A stretch of DNA of 64,000 nucleotides. It comes from an uncultured Phycisphaerales bacterium (GTDB lineage Bacteria; Planctomycetota; Phycisphaerae; Phycisphaerales; SM1A02). The notes under the pieces are model-generated. The model was not told the DNA's origin, made no database searches, and saw only the letters and a list, made by a program, of their open reading frames with translations. Made by a program: the position numbers and the translations under genes. How positions within the stretch are numbered: the first letter of the stretch is position 1; each line of letters opens with the position of its first letter. Location of the stretch: contig CAJQQE010000016.1 of NCBI GenBank assembly GCA_905480395.1, positions 58 through 64,057 of the forward strand, written 5' to 3'. This document shows positions 55,445 to 64,000 of this stretch, one piece after another.

Positions 55445-57817
55445 TCAGGGACAGGGGCCCCAAACGCTCAGAAGCAGGCCCAAGTCTCCGCCGCCGACGA
55501 GGTTGTCTCCGTCGAGATCGAATTCGGGGTTCGTGGTACCGAATGAGGCAAGCATGAGACCGAGATCTCCGCCTCCGACCATACCGTCGCCGTCGAAGTC
55601 ACCACCGCATGATCCGTCAGAGCAACTATCTGGCGTGCCATCGTCATCATTGTCGCCACATGAATCACTGAGACAATTGCCACCTTCATCGGACCATGGT
55701 CCGCTGATGGGATCTGGGCCGTTCGAGCAAAGCACCGAGAGGCCGATTTCTGGGTTGGCAGATCCGAAGTTTGCGAGCACAGACCCCGACTCGCCAGCCG
55801 AGTTATTCCCAAAGATGGTCAGACTGAATCGGGGAGCGTTGGCTTGCCGGACATACACGGCACCGCCGCGATTCTCGGCGGTATTTTCCAGGAAGAGGCA
55901 GGCGAGGAAATCGGCATCACTACCGTTGCCACGAATGTAGACCGCCGCACCACTATCCGCGGTGTTACCCTCGAACCGGCAGTTCACCACGGTTGGTGCG
56001 GCGTTATTGATTTCCATTCCGCCCCCGCTGGCCGCGAAGCCGTTGATGATGGCGAGGTTCTCAATTCGGGTTCCCGCGCCTTCACCACTGTTGCAGATCA
56101 GCACCCGAACCGCGCCGCCTCCGTCGAGTACGGTGGCCGGCCGGTTATCAGCGCCGAGCGCACCTCGAAGCGTAATGGCCTTTCCGAGCAGATCAATGGT
56201 ATTGGTGATACTCCGCGTCCCTTCCGACACGTTGATGATGGCGTTTTCGGGTGCGGCATCGATCGCATCCTGGATGGTGGCGAAATCTTCGGGGACGTCG
56301 AATGCACCATCAAGGCAGTCGGGTGTCCCATCTCCGTCCGCGTCGGTGTCCTCAACGCCGCAGCCACAGACACCAGGCGCGATCTTGAGCGGATCGTTCG
56401 GACACCCGTCGCAGGCGTCGCCGACACCGTCACCATCAACGTCCGACTGATTCGCGTTCGGATCAGCGGGGCAGTTGTCGTCGTTGTCCCCAACCCCATC
56501 AAAATCGGTGTCGATACCCGAGCATTCGGTATCACTCACACACGATCGTCCGGCGAGATAGGTCGAGATGGTGTTCTGGACGGTGGGATGGAATGCGAGT
56601 TCAATGTTGTTCATGCCGCCCGAACACTGGTGGCAGTAGCTCATGATGGTTCCGCCGAACGCATCAGAACAATCACCAGTGCCGCAACCGTCGAGCTGAG
56701 GGTTGTAACTATGGGTATGCGGCGAGTTGAACAGGTGGCCCAGTTCGTGGGTGAAGACCATGATGTCCCAGTTTTGAGGACTGTGAGCCTCTAATGGTGT
56801 GGGAAAGAAACCGTTGAGGTTGCCGGAGACGGCGTAGCTTGAATTCGTACTGCACACCGAACCGATGGTGTACGCGACGCCACCACCGAGATTCTCCGAA
56901 GAAAGCAGGTGAGCGGTATCTCGGCTGACGCCACTCATGTTGGCCCGCCAGTAAGTGCGAAACTCTGAGAGTCTGGCACCTGAGCTCGAGCCGGACCACG
57001 GATCCGCGTCGGCCCAAAGGCGGGTGTAGACGATATTGAGTTGCGCGCCAGTGTCTCTGGCGTAGATGATGTTGGCGCCAGCGATGAGCGTCTCGATGTA
57101 TCCCTGGGCTTGCGATTCGTCCCCTCCAAAGGTATTCAGAAACGCATTATCGGTATCGATGGAGATATCAACGGTCATGCAGATGTCGCCCGCGACGCCA
57201 CCACCGGATTTTGTTGCCGGACCTTCAAACTCTGGGTCGACGCCACCTTGAGCCACCGTTTCGCATTCGAACGGCGACCATTCGATCAGACCCTCGGCGA
57301 GGCCGGTGGTGTTGTAGATGATGGTGGTTCGATCGCCCTTCGGGTCGCCGGAGGTCAGGACCCAACGATCGCCTTGGGTTGCGATCCAGCCGTACACGCC
57401 GGCGGCGGAGTCGGCGATGAATACCTCGGAATCCGGGTCGCCCACGACGTGTCCCGTCCAGATCGAGGCCGCTTCGGTCCTGACTGGCCGAGTGATCCCG
57501 CGTCGAGCGACGATCACGGTTTCGGCATTTGCGTCGAGGACGTTCTGACGTTGGAGCTGTAGATCGACATCCCCAAAGAGCCCGAGGGGGACTTGTTCCA
57601 GCGTGCACGATGCTCGGTTTTTCATCGCGGCCAGTTCACCGAAGTCGACGGCGAGCGCCTGGCTCTCCACGAGAAGCGCATCACGATGCGCGATCCGTGT
57701 GAATGGCCGGAGCGATTCCTTCTCTGGAGCGGCATCAGGCTCGATCCCCGCAATGGCGGAAGCGGAAACCATCAGGACGGTGGCGAGGGACGCGGCGATT
57801 CTCTGGTGGATCTGCAT
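55445..57817 (-). CDS. secreted metzincin (reprolysin/ADAM-like) metalloprotease + TSP type-3 repeats + right-handed beta-helix + C-terminal dockerin
   Basis: The ATG at 57817 gives the signal peptide MQIHQRIAASLATVLMVSASAIAG. Zinc site HELGHLFNSPH with Met-turn IMSY. DTDFDGVGDNDDNCPADPNANQSDVDGDGVGDACDGCPNDP. PbH1-like GGGMEINN / GAAVYIRG / GGAVYVRQ. Dockerin loops DFDGDGMVGGGD and DLDGDNLVGGGD, ending WGPCP. Confidence 0.8.
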   Translation of the reverse strand: MQIHQRIAASLATVLMVSASAIAGIEPDAAPEKESLRPFTRIAHRDALLVESQALAVDFGELAAMKNRASCTLEQVPLGLFGDVDLQLQRQNVLDANAETVIVARRGITRPVRTEAASIWTGHVVGDPDSEVFIADSAAGVYGWIATQGDRWVLTSGDPKGDRTTIIYNTTGLAEGLIEWSPFECETVAQGGVDPEFEGPATKSGGGVAGDICMTVDISIDTDNAFLNTFGGDESQAQGYIETLIAGANIIYARDTGAQLNIVYTRLWADADPWSGSSSGARLSEFRTYWRANMSGVSRDTAHLLSSENLGGGVAYTIGSVCSTNSSYAVSGNLNGFFPTPLEAHSPQNWDIMVFTHELGHLFNSPHTHSYNPQLDGCGTGDCSDAFGGTIMSYCHQCSGGMNNIELAFHPTVQNTISTYLAGRSCVSDTECSGIDTDFDGVGDNDDNCPADPNANQSDVDGDGVGDACDGCPNDPLKIAPGVCGCGVEDTDADGDGTPDCLDGAFDVPEDFATIQDAIDAAPENAIINVSEGTRSITNTIDLLGKAITLRGALGADNRPATVLDGGGAVRVLICNSGEGAGTRIENLAIINGFAASGGGMEINNAAPTVVNCRFEGNTADSGAAVYIRGNGSDADFLACLFLENTAENRGGAVYVRQANAPRFSLTIFGNNSAGESGSVLANFGSANPEIGLSVLCSNGPDPISGPWSDEGGNCLSDSCGDNDDDGTPDSCSDGSCGGDFDGDGMVGGGDLGLMLASFGTTNPEFDLDGDNLVGGGDLGLLLSVWGPCP

Positions 57818-58113
57818 GGGAAACCTTCTCTTGGATGAGCGATTGACGGGCATTTCTGATCCCTCCCGACTGACAGGAGGCATTGTTTCTTACTTGAAAA
57901 CATACGACGACGATCTCAAAACTCGCGACCGAATTCCGGTATTTCCGGTCAAGAATTGAGACTTGTGATCCAGAGGCCTGTTCCCTTGGATTTGCGGATA
58001 ACCCCTCAGATACCTGAATTTTGCAGGTGGAACCTAGATATTCCACGCCAGCCACCGACCAGCGAGTGCTCATTCCGGTAACGATGACGACCACTTTTTG
58101 AGCAGCCCATCGT

Positions 58114-60363
58114 TCACTTGGTGCAAGGTCCCCAGTGGGCGACGAGATTGGCGAGGTCACTGTGGTCGACTCGGTTGTTTTCGTCGAAATCAGCAGACAT
58201 GATTTGATCGGACTCGCCCCACGCTTGCAGTAAGAGCGAAGTGTCATTGGCATCGACAACGCCGTCGAAATCAAGGTCTCCCCAACAGTACCCCGACTCC
58301 TGACGCTCGACTTCTGAAACTGGTCCAACAAATTCTTCGGGCTGATTTTCAGAGACCAGAGTTCGGCGAGTGATGGGGCCCCGGCTTGATTTCTGGCTCA
58401 AGATTCCACCACCATCGATGGCGGTGTTCTGATAGATCAGACAGTCGACGAACTGCAATTCGGCTGGCTCAGATTCGAATTCCACAAAAAAGACTCCGCC
58501 ACCTCTCTCGCTCTGATTCTTATCGACGACACACGATACGAATTCGTGGCATCCACTGGCGATCTTGATACCTCCACCAGTACCGGTCGTGAAGCCACCG
58601 CTGAATCGACTCCCCAAAACCACGGCTTCACCACGAAAGAAAAATGCATTGCCGCCCTCCGCATTGGCGTAGCCTTGGGAAAAGAGGCAATCATGGATGC
58701 TCCCGGTATATCTTTTTGCATAGATATTGCCACCGAAAGTCGAACGGTTTTCGATGAAGTGGCAGTTCACGATGGATACCGCATTGAGCCGAAGGTAGAT
58801 GCCTCCACCAACCCGGAATCCCTCCGGACTTCGGCTTCCGGTCTGGCCTCCAGTGACCGTGAATCCTTCGAATCTCGTTCGATCATCAAATTTTTTTCCG
58901 ATGAATACCACGCTCTCTTCTTCGTTTGATCCATCGATCACAGTGACCAAAGGGCCATCGGTAGAAGTCAGCACGAAGTTCCGGTTCACACTGCTACCGA
59001 AATCGATGTTCTCGTGGTACGTCCCAGGGCGGACCAGGATCATGCCGCCATCAGCGATGGCGTCGATGGCGGATTGAATGGTGGAGAAGTCATTCGGCAC
59101 CATGATCAACTCTGGGGCAACTTCAGTCTTGGGAGTCGCGATCCAAGTCCAGTACATCATCGTCATCAGGAGGGTGGCGGCGGTGATTCCGACGATCGGG
59201 GCATAGCGGCGAGGCCGTGATCGTTTTTCAATCTCCAGCGCTCGCCGTAATTCTGATGCGAAGACGATGGCATTAGCCGGTCGACGTTTGGGTGTTTTCT
59301 CCAGAGATCGTTCAATGATCGCCACGACCGATTCTGGAATGTCTGGGAGGAAGATTCGGAGGTCTGCTGGGGGGACATGTCGGATGACTTGCACTGCCGA
59401 AAGCAGGTTGTCACCGACTTCGAAGGGCATTCTGCCAGCGAGCATCTGAAACACAATCACGCCGAGCGCGTGAACATCTGTTCGAGGAGAGACGGGTCCC
59501 AGAGACATGTCAGCCTGTTCTGGAGCCATATACGCCGGCGTTCCCACCATGAGTTCATCATGGCCGCGAAGTCCAACGTCATTGGATTCATCCTGAGTGG
59601 ATCGCGTGATTCTGGAAACTCCAAAGTCGATAACGTGCACCACTCCCTCTTTGTCCACGAGCAGATTTCCCGGCTTCAAATCGAGATGGAGGATCTCCTT
59701 CATGTGGACCACGCCAAGGATGTCGCAAACATCCAAGAACATACTCATTGGGGTCGGTGATTCTGATTCTGAATTCACGCTCCAGACCGGATCATGGTTG
59801 GAGCAGAGCGCATTCGCTTCGGTAATCCAAACGGAATCTTGGACGAGCTCTAAGGCGATCCAGTGTTCGCCATTTTCTTGCCTCGGGTGATCGAAGCAAG
59901 TATCTAAGATTTTCACCACGCCCGGATGATTAATACTTTGGAGTGCCTCGACTTCACCGCGGAAGCGTGCGACATTGTTCAGTGACGCGTTGCGTCGGTG
60001 GAGAACTTTGATGGCGGCGAGCACCGATTTTGAAACGCTTGAGTCACTGATCCAGATCGCGCGATAGACGCTTCCAGATCCACCGGTGCCGAGCCACTCT
60101 TGAATCTCCCAAGCCCCATCCTGGGAAGGAATAACCGTGCCGATCCGGCGGTCGGGATCCTCCGGATCGAGCGGACTGTTTTGGTCGGCTGCTTTGAGGA
60201 GCGAGACCAGAGTCTCGCGAAGCGCATCATTGCCGCTACAGGTCTCATCGAAGAAGCGTTCTCTTTCAGCAGGTGAACGCGTGAGCGCATGATCAAACAA
60301 CTGTCGAATTCCTCGACCATTCGCGACCGCGTGCTCGGGGAGAGGTTTTTTCTTGTGCGTCAT
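58114..60363 (-). CDS. transmembrane Ser/Thr protein kinase with extracytoplasmic right-handed beta-helix and C-terminal dockerin
   Basis: Kinase: GTGGSGSVY, AAIKV, HLDLKPGN, DFG, APE. Single TM IVGITAATLLMTMMYWTWI. Ectodomain repeats GGGIYL, GGNIYA, GGNAFFF, GGGIKI, GGGVFFV, GGGILS. Dockerin loops DLDFDGVVDAND and DFDENNRVDHSD, ending WGPCTK. Confidence 0.85.
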   Translation of the reverse strand: MTHKKKPLPEHAVANGRGIRQLFDHALTRSPAERERFFDETCSGNDALRETLVSLLKAADQNSPLDPEDPDRRIGTVIPSQDGAWEIQEWLGTGGSGSVYRAIWISDSSVSKSVLAAIKVLHRRNASLNNVARFRGEVEALQSINHPGVVKILDTCFDHPRQENGEHWIALELVQDSVWITEANALCSNHDPVWSVNSESESPTPMSMFLDVCDILGVVHMKEILHLDLKPGNLLVDKEGVVHVIDFGVSRITRSTQDESNDVGLRGHDELMVGTPAYMAPEQADMSLGPVSPRTDVHALGVIVFQMLAGRMPFEVGDNLLSAVQVIRHVPPADLRIFLPDIPESVVAIIERSLEKTPKRRPANAIVFASELRRALEIEKRSRPRRYAPIVGITAATLLMTMMYWTWIATPKTEVAPELIMVPNDFSTIQSAIDAIADGGMILVRPGTYHENIDFGSSVNRNFVLTSTDGPLVTVIDGSNEEESVVFIGKKFDDRTRFEGFTVTGGQTGSRSPEGFRVGGGIYLRLNAVSIVNCHFIENRSTFGGNIYAKRYTGSIHDCLFSQGYANAEGGNAFFFRGEAVVLGSRFSGGFTTGTGGGIKIASGCHEFVSCVVDKNQSERGGGVFFVEFESEPAELQFVDCLIYQNTAIDGGGILSQKSSRGPITRRTLVSENQPEEFVGPVSEVERQESGYCWGDLDFDGVVDANDTSLLLQAWGESDQIMSADFDENNRVDHSDLANLVAHWGPCTK

Positions 60364-60599
60364 GAGATCAAATTCTTGACCATGAGAATTGCGGAGGAGG
60401 CCACGATACGCGATTGGAATCCGTGTTCCCCATGAATTGAACCGGGTAGCACTCTGCCTCGATGTGAATCACTCTATAGATGAAGCTGGCTTTTTCGTGC
60501 AATGACAATTTGGGTTGGCATAATGGGATTCGATCAGGAATCTATCCTGTGAAGCACAGGAGATCCATTTCCATCCCTCGATAGAGATTGGTTACTCAA

Positions 60600-63500
60600 T
60601 TGAAGATTTGCCTACTTTCGAGTTTTGTTTCTCTTGTTTCTCTTGGTCTTGGGGCGACTTCGGTTGCGGCGGTCGATCCTCCCTCACTTGATCTTCAGAA
60701 CGCACGGCTTGAGATGCCATCGTTGACACCGTCGGATCGTTCAGCACGTTTGACATCGTTGATCGACGGTGACTTTGAGCGACATGTGGTGGTCCGGCTG
60801 CAGGCAGATCTTTCCGAGGCCGATCGATCTGAACTCGCGGATGGAGGCATTCGGCTTTTAACTTGCCTCGGGCCTCGGGTGTGGATTGCATCTATTGGCG
60901 TCGCGGCGGTCGACGCGGTGGCTCGCCCTGATGGGCTCTTGGATGGCATCGCTTGGATCGGAAATCTGCCGACAAACGCGAAACTTCACCCGTTCTTGGC
61001 GGCTGGCCACGTTCCGACTTGGACGGTTGATCGAACTGATGTGAACGCGTTTGTCGAGGGTCGTGAATTCGATTTGCAGCGGCTCGCGAATCAGGCGGCA
61101 GGCGATGCCGATCCGAAGGTCGTTCTCTATGTGCTCGCTCAAAGAGACGTCCCGCTGCCTGACCTCGCAGACCTCGTGGACTTCACGGGTGCTGAGGTTC
61201 GATCAAAGATTCAAACATCCCACGGCCTGGTGGTCAAGGCTCGCATGTCGTTGATCAATCAGCTGGTCGCGATGGACGAGGTGCTCTGGATCGAACCAGC
61301 ACTTCCGGCCTTCGAAGCGAACAACGACTCAAATCGACAGAACACTCAGGTCGACGAGGTTCGTGAGTCGCCGTACGGTCTCGATGGCAGTGGGGTAACG
61401 GTCATGGTGTACGACGGCGGATATGCCGATGCGTCCCACCCGGATTTCGGCGGTCGGTTGACGGTTCGGGATTCCAGCGGTCAGTCAAGCCACGCCACGC
61501 ATGTCTCGGGAACGATTGGTGGGGATGGTGCCAACTCCGGCGGGGTCAACGCCGGTATGGCGCCGGGAGTGGAGATTCAGAGTTACGGATTCGAGCAGGA
61601 AGGCGGCCTTTCAGAGGGCTTCCTCTATACCGATCCCGGCGATCTGGAAGCGGACTACTCGGACGCCATCTTGAACTACGGCGCCGTCGTAGCGAACAAC
61701 TCGATCGGTACCAATACGGCGCCGAATGGTTTTCCTTGTGACTGGACGGGAAACTACGGCGTCACCAGCAACTTGATCGACGCCGTAGTTCGGGGCGATC
61801 TCGGTGGCGACATCCGCATCGTCTGGGCAAACGGCAACGAACGGCAGACAGATCGTTGCGGGGAGTTCTTTAACACGACCGCACCACCAGCGTGCGCGAA
61901 GAACCACATCACGGTGGGTGCGACAAATTCCAACGATGACTCCATCACTTCGTTCACCAGTTGGGGCCCGAGTGACGACGGCCGTATCAAGCCAGACATC
62001 ACCGCGCCGGGCTGTCAGAGCGATGGCGACAACGGAGTGACCAGCACCACGCCTGGCGGCGGGTATTCGAGTTACTGCGGAACATCGATGGCGTCTCCGA
62101 CCGTCACAGGAATCGCGGCCTTGATTATCCAAGATTGGCGACAGCAGTTCCCCGATCGCGGAGATATTCGAAACAGCTCCCTGAAGGCATTGCTCGCTAA
62201 CTCCGGTGACGACCTGGGAAACCCCGGACCGGACTGCATGTACGGATTCGGAACCGTCCGCGCTCGACAGGCGATCGACGCGCTCCGAGACGATTCGGTG
62301 ATCGAAAACGAAGTCGCGGATGGTGCGATGGCAGAACATCTGGTCATCGTGCAGCCCGGCGACACCGAGCTTCGAATCACTCTGGCGTGGGATGATGCAC
62401 CCGCGTCGCCGCTTCCGCTGGCGGCGCTGGTCAACGATCTTGATCTGGTCGTCACGGATCCGGCTGGCGATCGTTGGTTTCCCTGGACCATCAACCCCGC
62501 CGATCCCGGGGCGCCTGCGACGCGATCCAGCGAAGACCACTTGAACAACATGGAACAGGTCTCCGTGACAAACCCCATGACCGGGGCGTGGCGAGTCCAG
62601 ATTCGTGGAACCGCGGTTCCCATTGGTCCTCAGGAATACGCGCTCGCCGCGACGCCAAGTCCGATCGCCTGCAGTTCCACTGGCATCGTGGGATTCGGTG
62701 GCTCGGCGTTCCAGCCAGAGATGATCGTGCCGATCACGGTGGTGGACTGTGATCTCAACACCGATGACACCATCACCGACACCATCGCGGTGGATATCTG
62801 GAGCGATGACAACCCTTCCGGATTCCAGACCGTCCTGACCGAAACAGACCCTGCAGCATCAGCCTTCGCGGGTTCCATCGAACTCAGCTCAGACCCCAAC
62901 GGATTTGGGTTGTACGCCGTCGATGGGTCCACGATCTACGTGCGATACGTCGACGAGATGGATGCGGCCGGTGGTGCAGAGGTCGAACGCATTGCCACCG
63001 CGGTGGTGGATGGCACGATCTCGGCGCCACTTTCGGTTGACGCGGTCGAGTTCGGTCCGGATTCCGCGACGATCAGGATCGTGAGCGAGGAGCCGGTTCG
63101 GGTGTCGATCAGTTACGGCCTGTCGTGTGATGCACTCTACGAGACCTACGACAGTCTCGCGATGGGCACCGATCAATCCGTGACCATCAGTGGCCTTGAA
63201 GACACCTTTACCTACTTCTACCGAATTCAACTCACGGACGCGGCAGGCAACACGAGCGAGTACGGCGACGGCGCCGGTTGCTTCGAGTTCACAGTGCCGG
63301 ATGCCGTCGACTTCTTTGCGGAGCAATTCTCTGGCAACTTCGATCTTCAGAACACGGCGGTCCAATTCACTCGGATCGAGACGGCGGATGTGTTCGCGCC
63401 GTGCGCGGAGGAGATTACCAGTCTCCCGGTCGATCCCGCAGGCGGTTCGGCCATCTCCCTTGGCGACGACGCTTCGAGTGCAATTTCGATTCCGTTCTCG

Positions 63501-64000
63501 TTCGAGTTTTACGGAGAGACTTGGACTTCGGTCTACGTGGGAAGTAATGGTTACTTGACGTTTGGAACTGCGAATACGGAATACAACGAGTCACTGAACG
63601 CTCACTTCGCGATTCCGCGAATCTCGGGCCTCTTCGACGACTTGAATCCAACGGCCGGTGGCACGGTGTCGTATCGGGACCTTGGTTCGCGGCTCGCAGT
63701 GACCTGGCTTGATGTGGCGGAGTACGGAACGAGTAACAGCAATACGTTCCAGATCATTCTCGATTCGAACGGCGAGATCACCATCGCGTGGCTGGATATC
63801 GACGTGCAAGATGCGGTCGTGGGGCTCTCACCAGGTACCGGGACAGATCCTGGCTTCATCATGGCGGACTTCTCGGAAGCCATCGCCGGATGCCTTCCCC
63901 GACCACCCTCGGCGAGTGACCTTTCGTATTCGATGGCGCCCGGCGGGTCGGTTGCGATCACGCTTTCAGCGAGCGATGACGGTCCGATCGAAGCACTGAC
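60600..64000 (+). CDS. secreted subtilisin-like (S8) serine peptidase with long C-terminal extension; partial (runs off window end)
   Basis: Absent from ORF track (no stop in window). My translation of the frame with codons starting at positions divisible by 3: TTG 60600 (or TTG 60588) gives (M)KICLLSSFVSLVSLGLGATSVAA. Catalytic triad VMVYDGG (D), HATHVSGT (H), GTSMASP (S). P-domain-like LRITLAWDDAP...NDLDLVV...GAWRVQIRG. Open to 64000. Stop at 60582-60584 upstream. Confidence 0.85.
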   Translation, partial: MKICLLSSFVSLVSLGLGATSVAAVDPPSLDLQNARLEMPSLTPSDRSARLTSLIDGDFERHVVVRLQADLSEADRSELADGGIRLLTCLGPRVWIASIGVAAVDAVARPDGLLDGIAWIGNLPTNAKLHPFLAAGHVPTWTVDRTDVNAFVEGREFDLQRLANQAAGDADPKVVLYVLAQRDVPLPDLADLVDFTGAEVRSKIQTSHGLVVKARMSLINQLVAMDEVLWIEPALPAFEANNDSNRQNTQVDEVRESPYGLDGSGVTVMVYDGGYADASHPDFGGRLTVRDSSGQSSHATHVSGTIGGDGANSGGVNAGMAPGVEIQSYGFEQEGGLSEGFLYTDPGDLEADYSDAILNYGAVVANNSIGTNTAPNGFPCDWTGNYGVTSNLIDAVVRGDLGGDIRIVWANGNERQTDRCGEFFNTTAPPACAKNHITVGATNSNDDSITSFTSWGPSDDGRIKPDITAPGCQSDGDNGVTSTTPGGGYSSYCGTSMASPTVTGIAALIIQDWRQQFPDRGDIRNSSLKALLANSGDDLGNPGPDCMYGFGTVRARQAIDALRDDSVIENEVADGAMAEHLVIVQPGDTELRITLAWDDAPASPLPLAALVNDLDLVVTDPAGDRWFPWTINPADPGAPATRSSEDHLNNMEQVSVTNPMTGAWRVQIRGTAVPIGPQEYALAATPSPIACSSTGIVGFGGSAFQPEMIVPITVVDCDLNTDDTITDTIAVDIWSDDNPSGFQTVLTETDPAASAFAGSIELSSDPNGFGLYAVDGSTIYVRYVDEMDAAGGAEVERIATAVVDGTISAPLSVDAVEFGPDSATIRIVSEEPVRVSISYGLSCDALYETYDSLAMGTDQSVTISGLEDTFTYFYRIQLTDAAGNTSEYGDGAGCFEFTVPDAVDFFAEQFSGNFDLQNTAVQFTRIETADVFAPCAEEITSLPVDPAGGSAISLGDDASSAISIPFSFEFYGETWTSVYVGSNGYLTFGTANTEYNESLNAHFAIPRISGLFDDLNPTAGGTVSYRDLGSRLAVTWLDVAEYGTSNSNTFQIILDSNGEITIAWLDIDVQDAVVGLSPGTGTDPGFIMADFSEAIAGCLPRPPSASDLSYSMAPGGSVAITLSASDDGPIEAL

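Noticed and set aside
55844-56794. 316-aa + strand ORF inside the metalloprotease locus
   Set aside because: It is antisense to the frame carrying the HExxH, TSP3 and dockerin motifs, so it is a shadow ORF.
61611-62540. 309-aa minus-strand ORF (also 62072..62623 and 62889..63365)
   Set aside because: These are antisense to the S8 peptidase frame, which contains the full D/H/S catalytic triad. They show no recognisable motifs.
1-64000. Searched all gaps larger than 100 bp for tRNA/rRNA/tmRNA-like sequence, IS inverted repeats, integrase or phage genes
   Set aside because: None was recognised by eye. A tRNAscan/Infernal/ISfinder run would be needed to exclude small RNAs formally.

Overview
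This is a 64-kb, high-G+C, densely coding chromosomal segment. All family calls come from motif and architecture recognition in the supplied translations or my own; no similarity search was run.

I support about 44 CDS. Two of them run off the window edges and are therefore missing from the ORF track: an MFS transporter at 1-1157 (-) and an S8 peptidase at 60600-64000 (+). I could not recognise any rRNA, tRNA, CRISPR array, transposase, integrase or phage gene.

The gene content points to a Planctomycetota/PVC genome:
- a PSCyt1/DUF1549/DUF1553 + DUF1501 pair
- a PVC-type haem-binding CxxCH protein
- DUF1080
- a PEP-CTERM-like tail
- BatA-N proteins
- dockerin-tailed surface proteins

The window carries dnaA (33756-35132). 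Directly downstream is a 455-bp AT-rich gap with four one-mismatch DnaA boxes, which is a likely oriC.

Best candidate for an uncharacterised system: a translationally coupled ~14-kb cluster at 36629-50543. It contains MoxR AAA+, DUF58, a BatA-N protein and a vWA membrane protein. These are followed by a 1316-aa membrane/coiled-coil giant, a poly-Q secreted protein, a prenyltransferase-like toroid protein and an unknown secreted protein, and the cluster runs straight into recO.

Second candidate: 55.4-64 kb. A metzincin protease and a transmembrane Ser/Thr kinase carry the same C-terminal cassette (right-handed beta-helix + dockerin), next to a large S8 peptidase, and no cohesin partner is visible.

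Smaller oddities:
- a DsbB-like protein that has only the first CxxC pair, in a low-GC patch with a 52-aa membrane peptide and an M48 peptidase
- a B12-binding module that lacks the His ligand, behind a 292-nt leader
- a GH35-like protein without the ENE acid/base Glu
- a degenerate GGDEF protein

The many long antisense ORFs in the track are high-GC artefacts.
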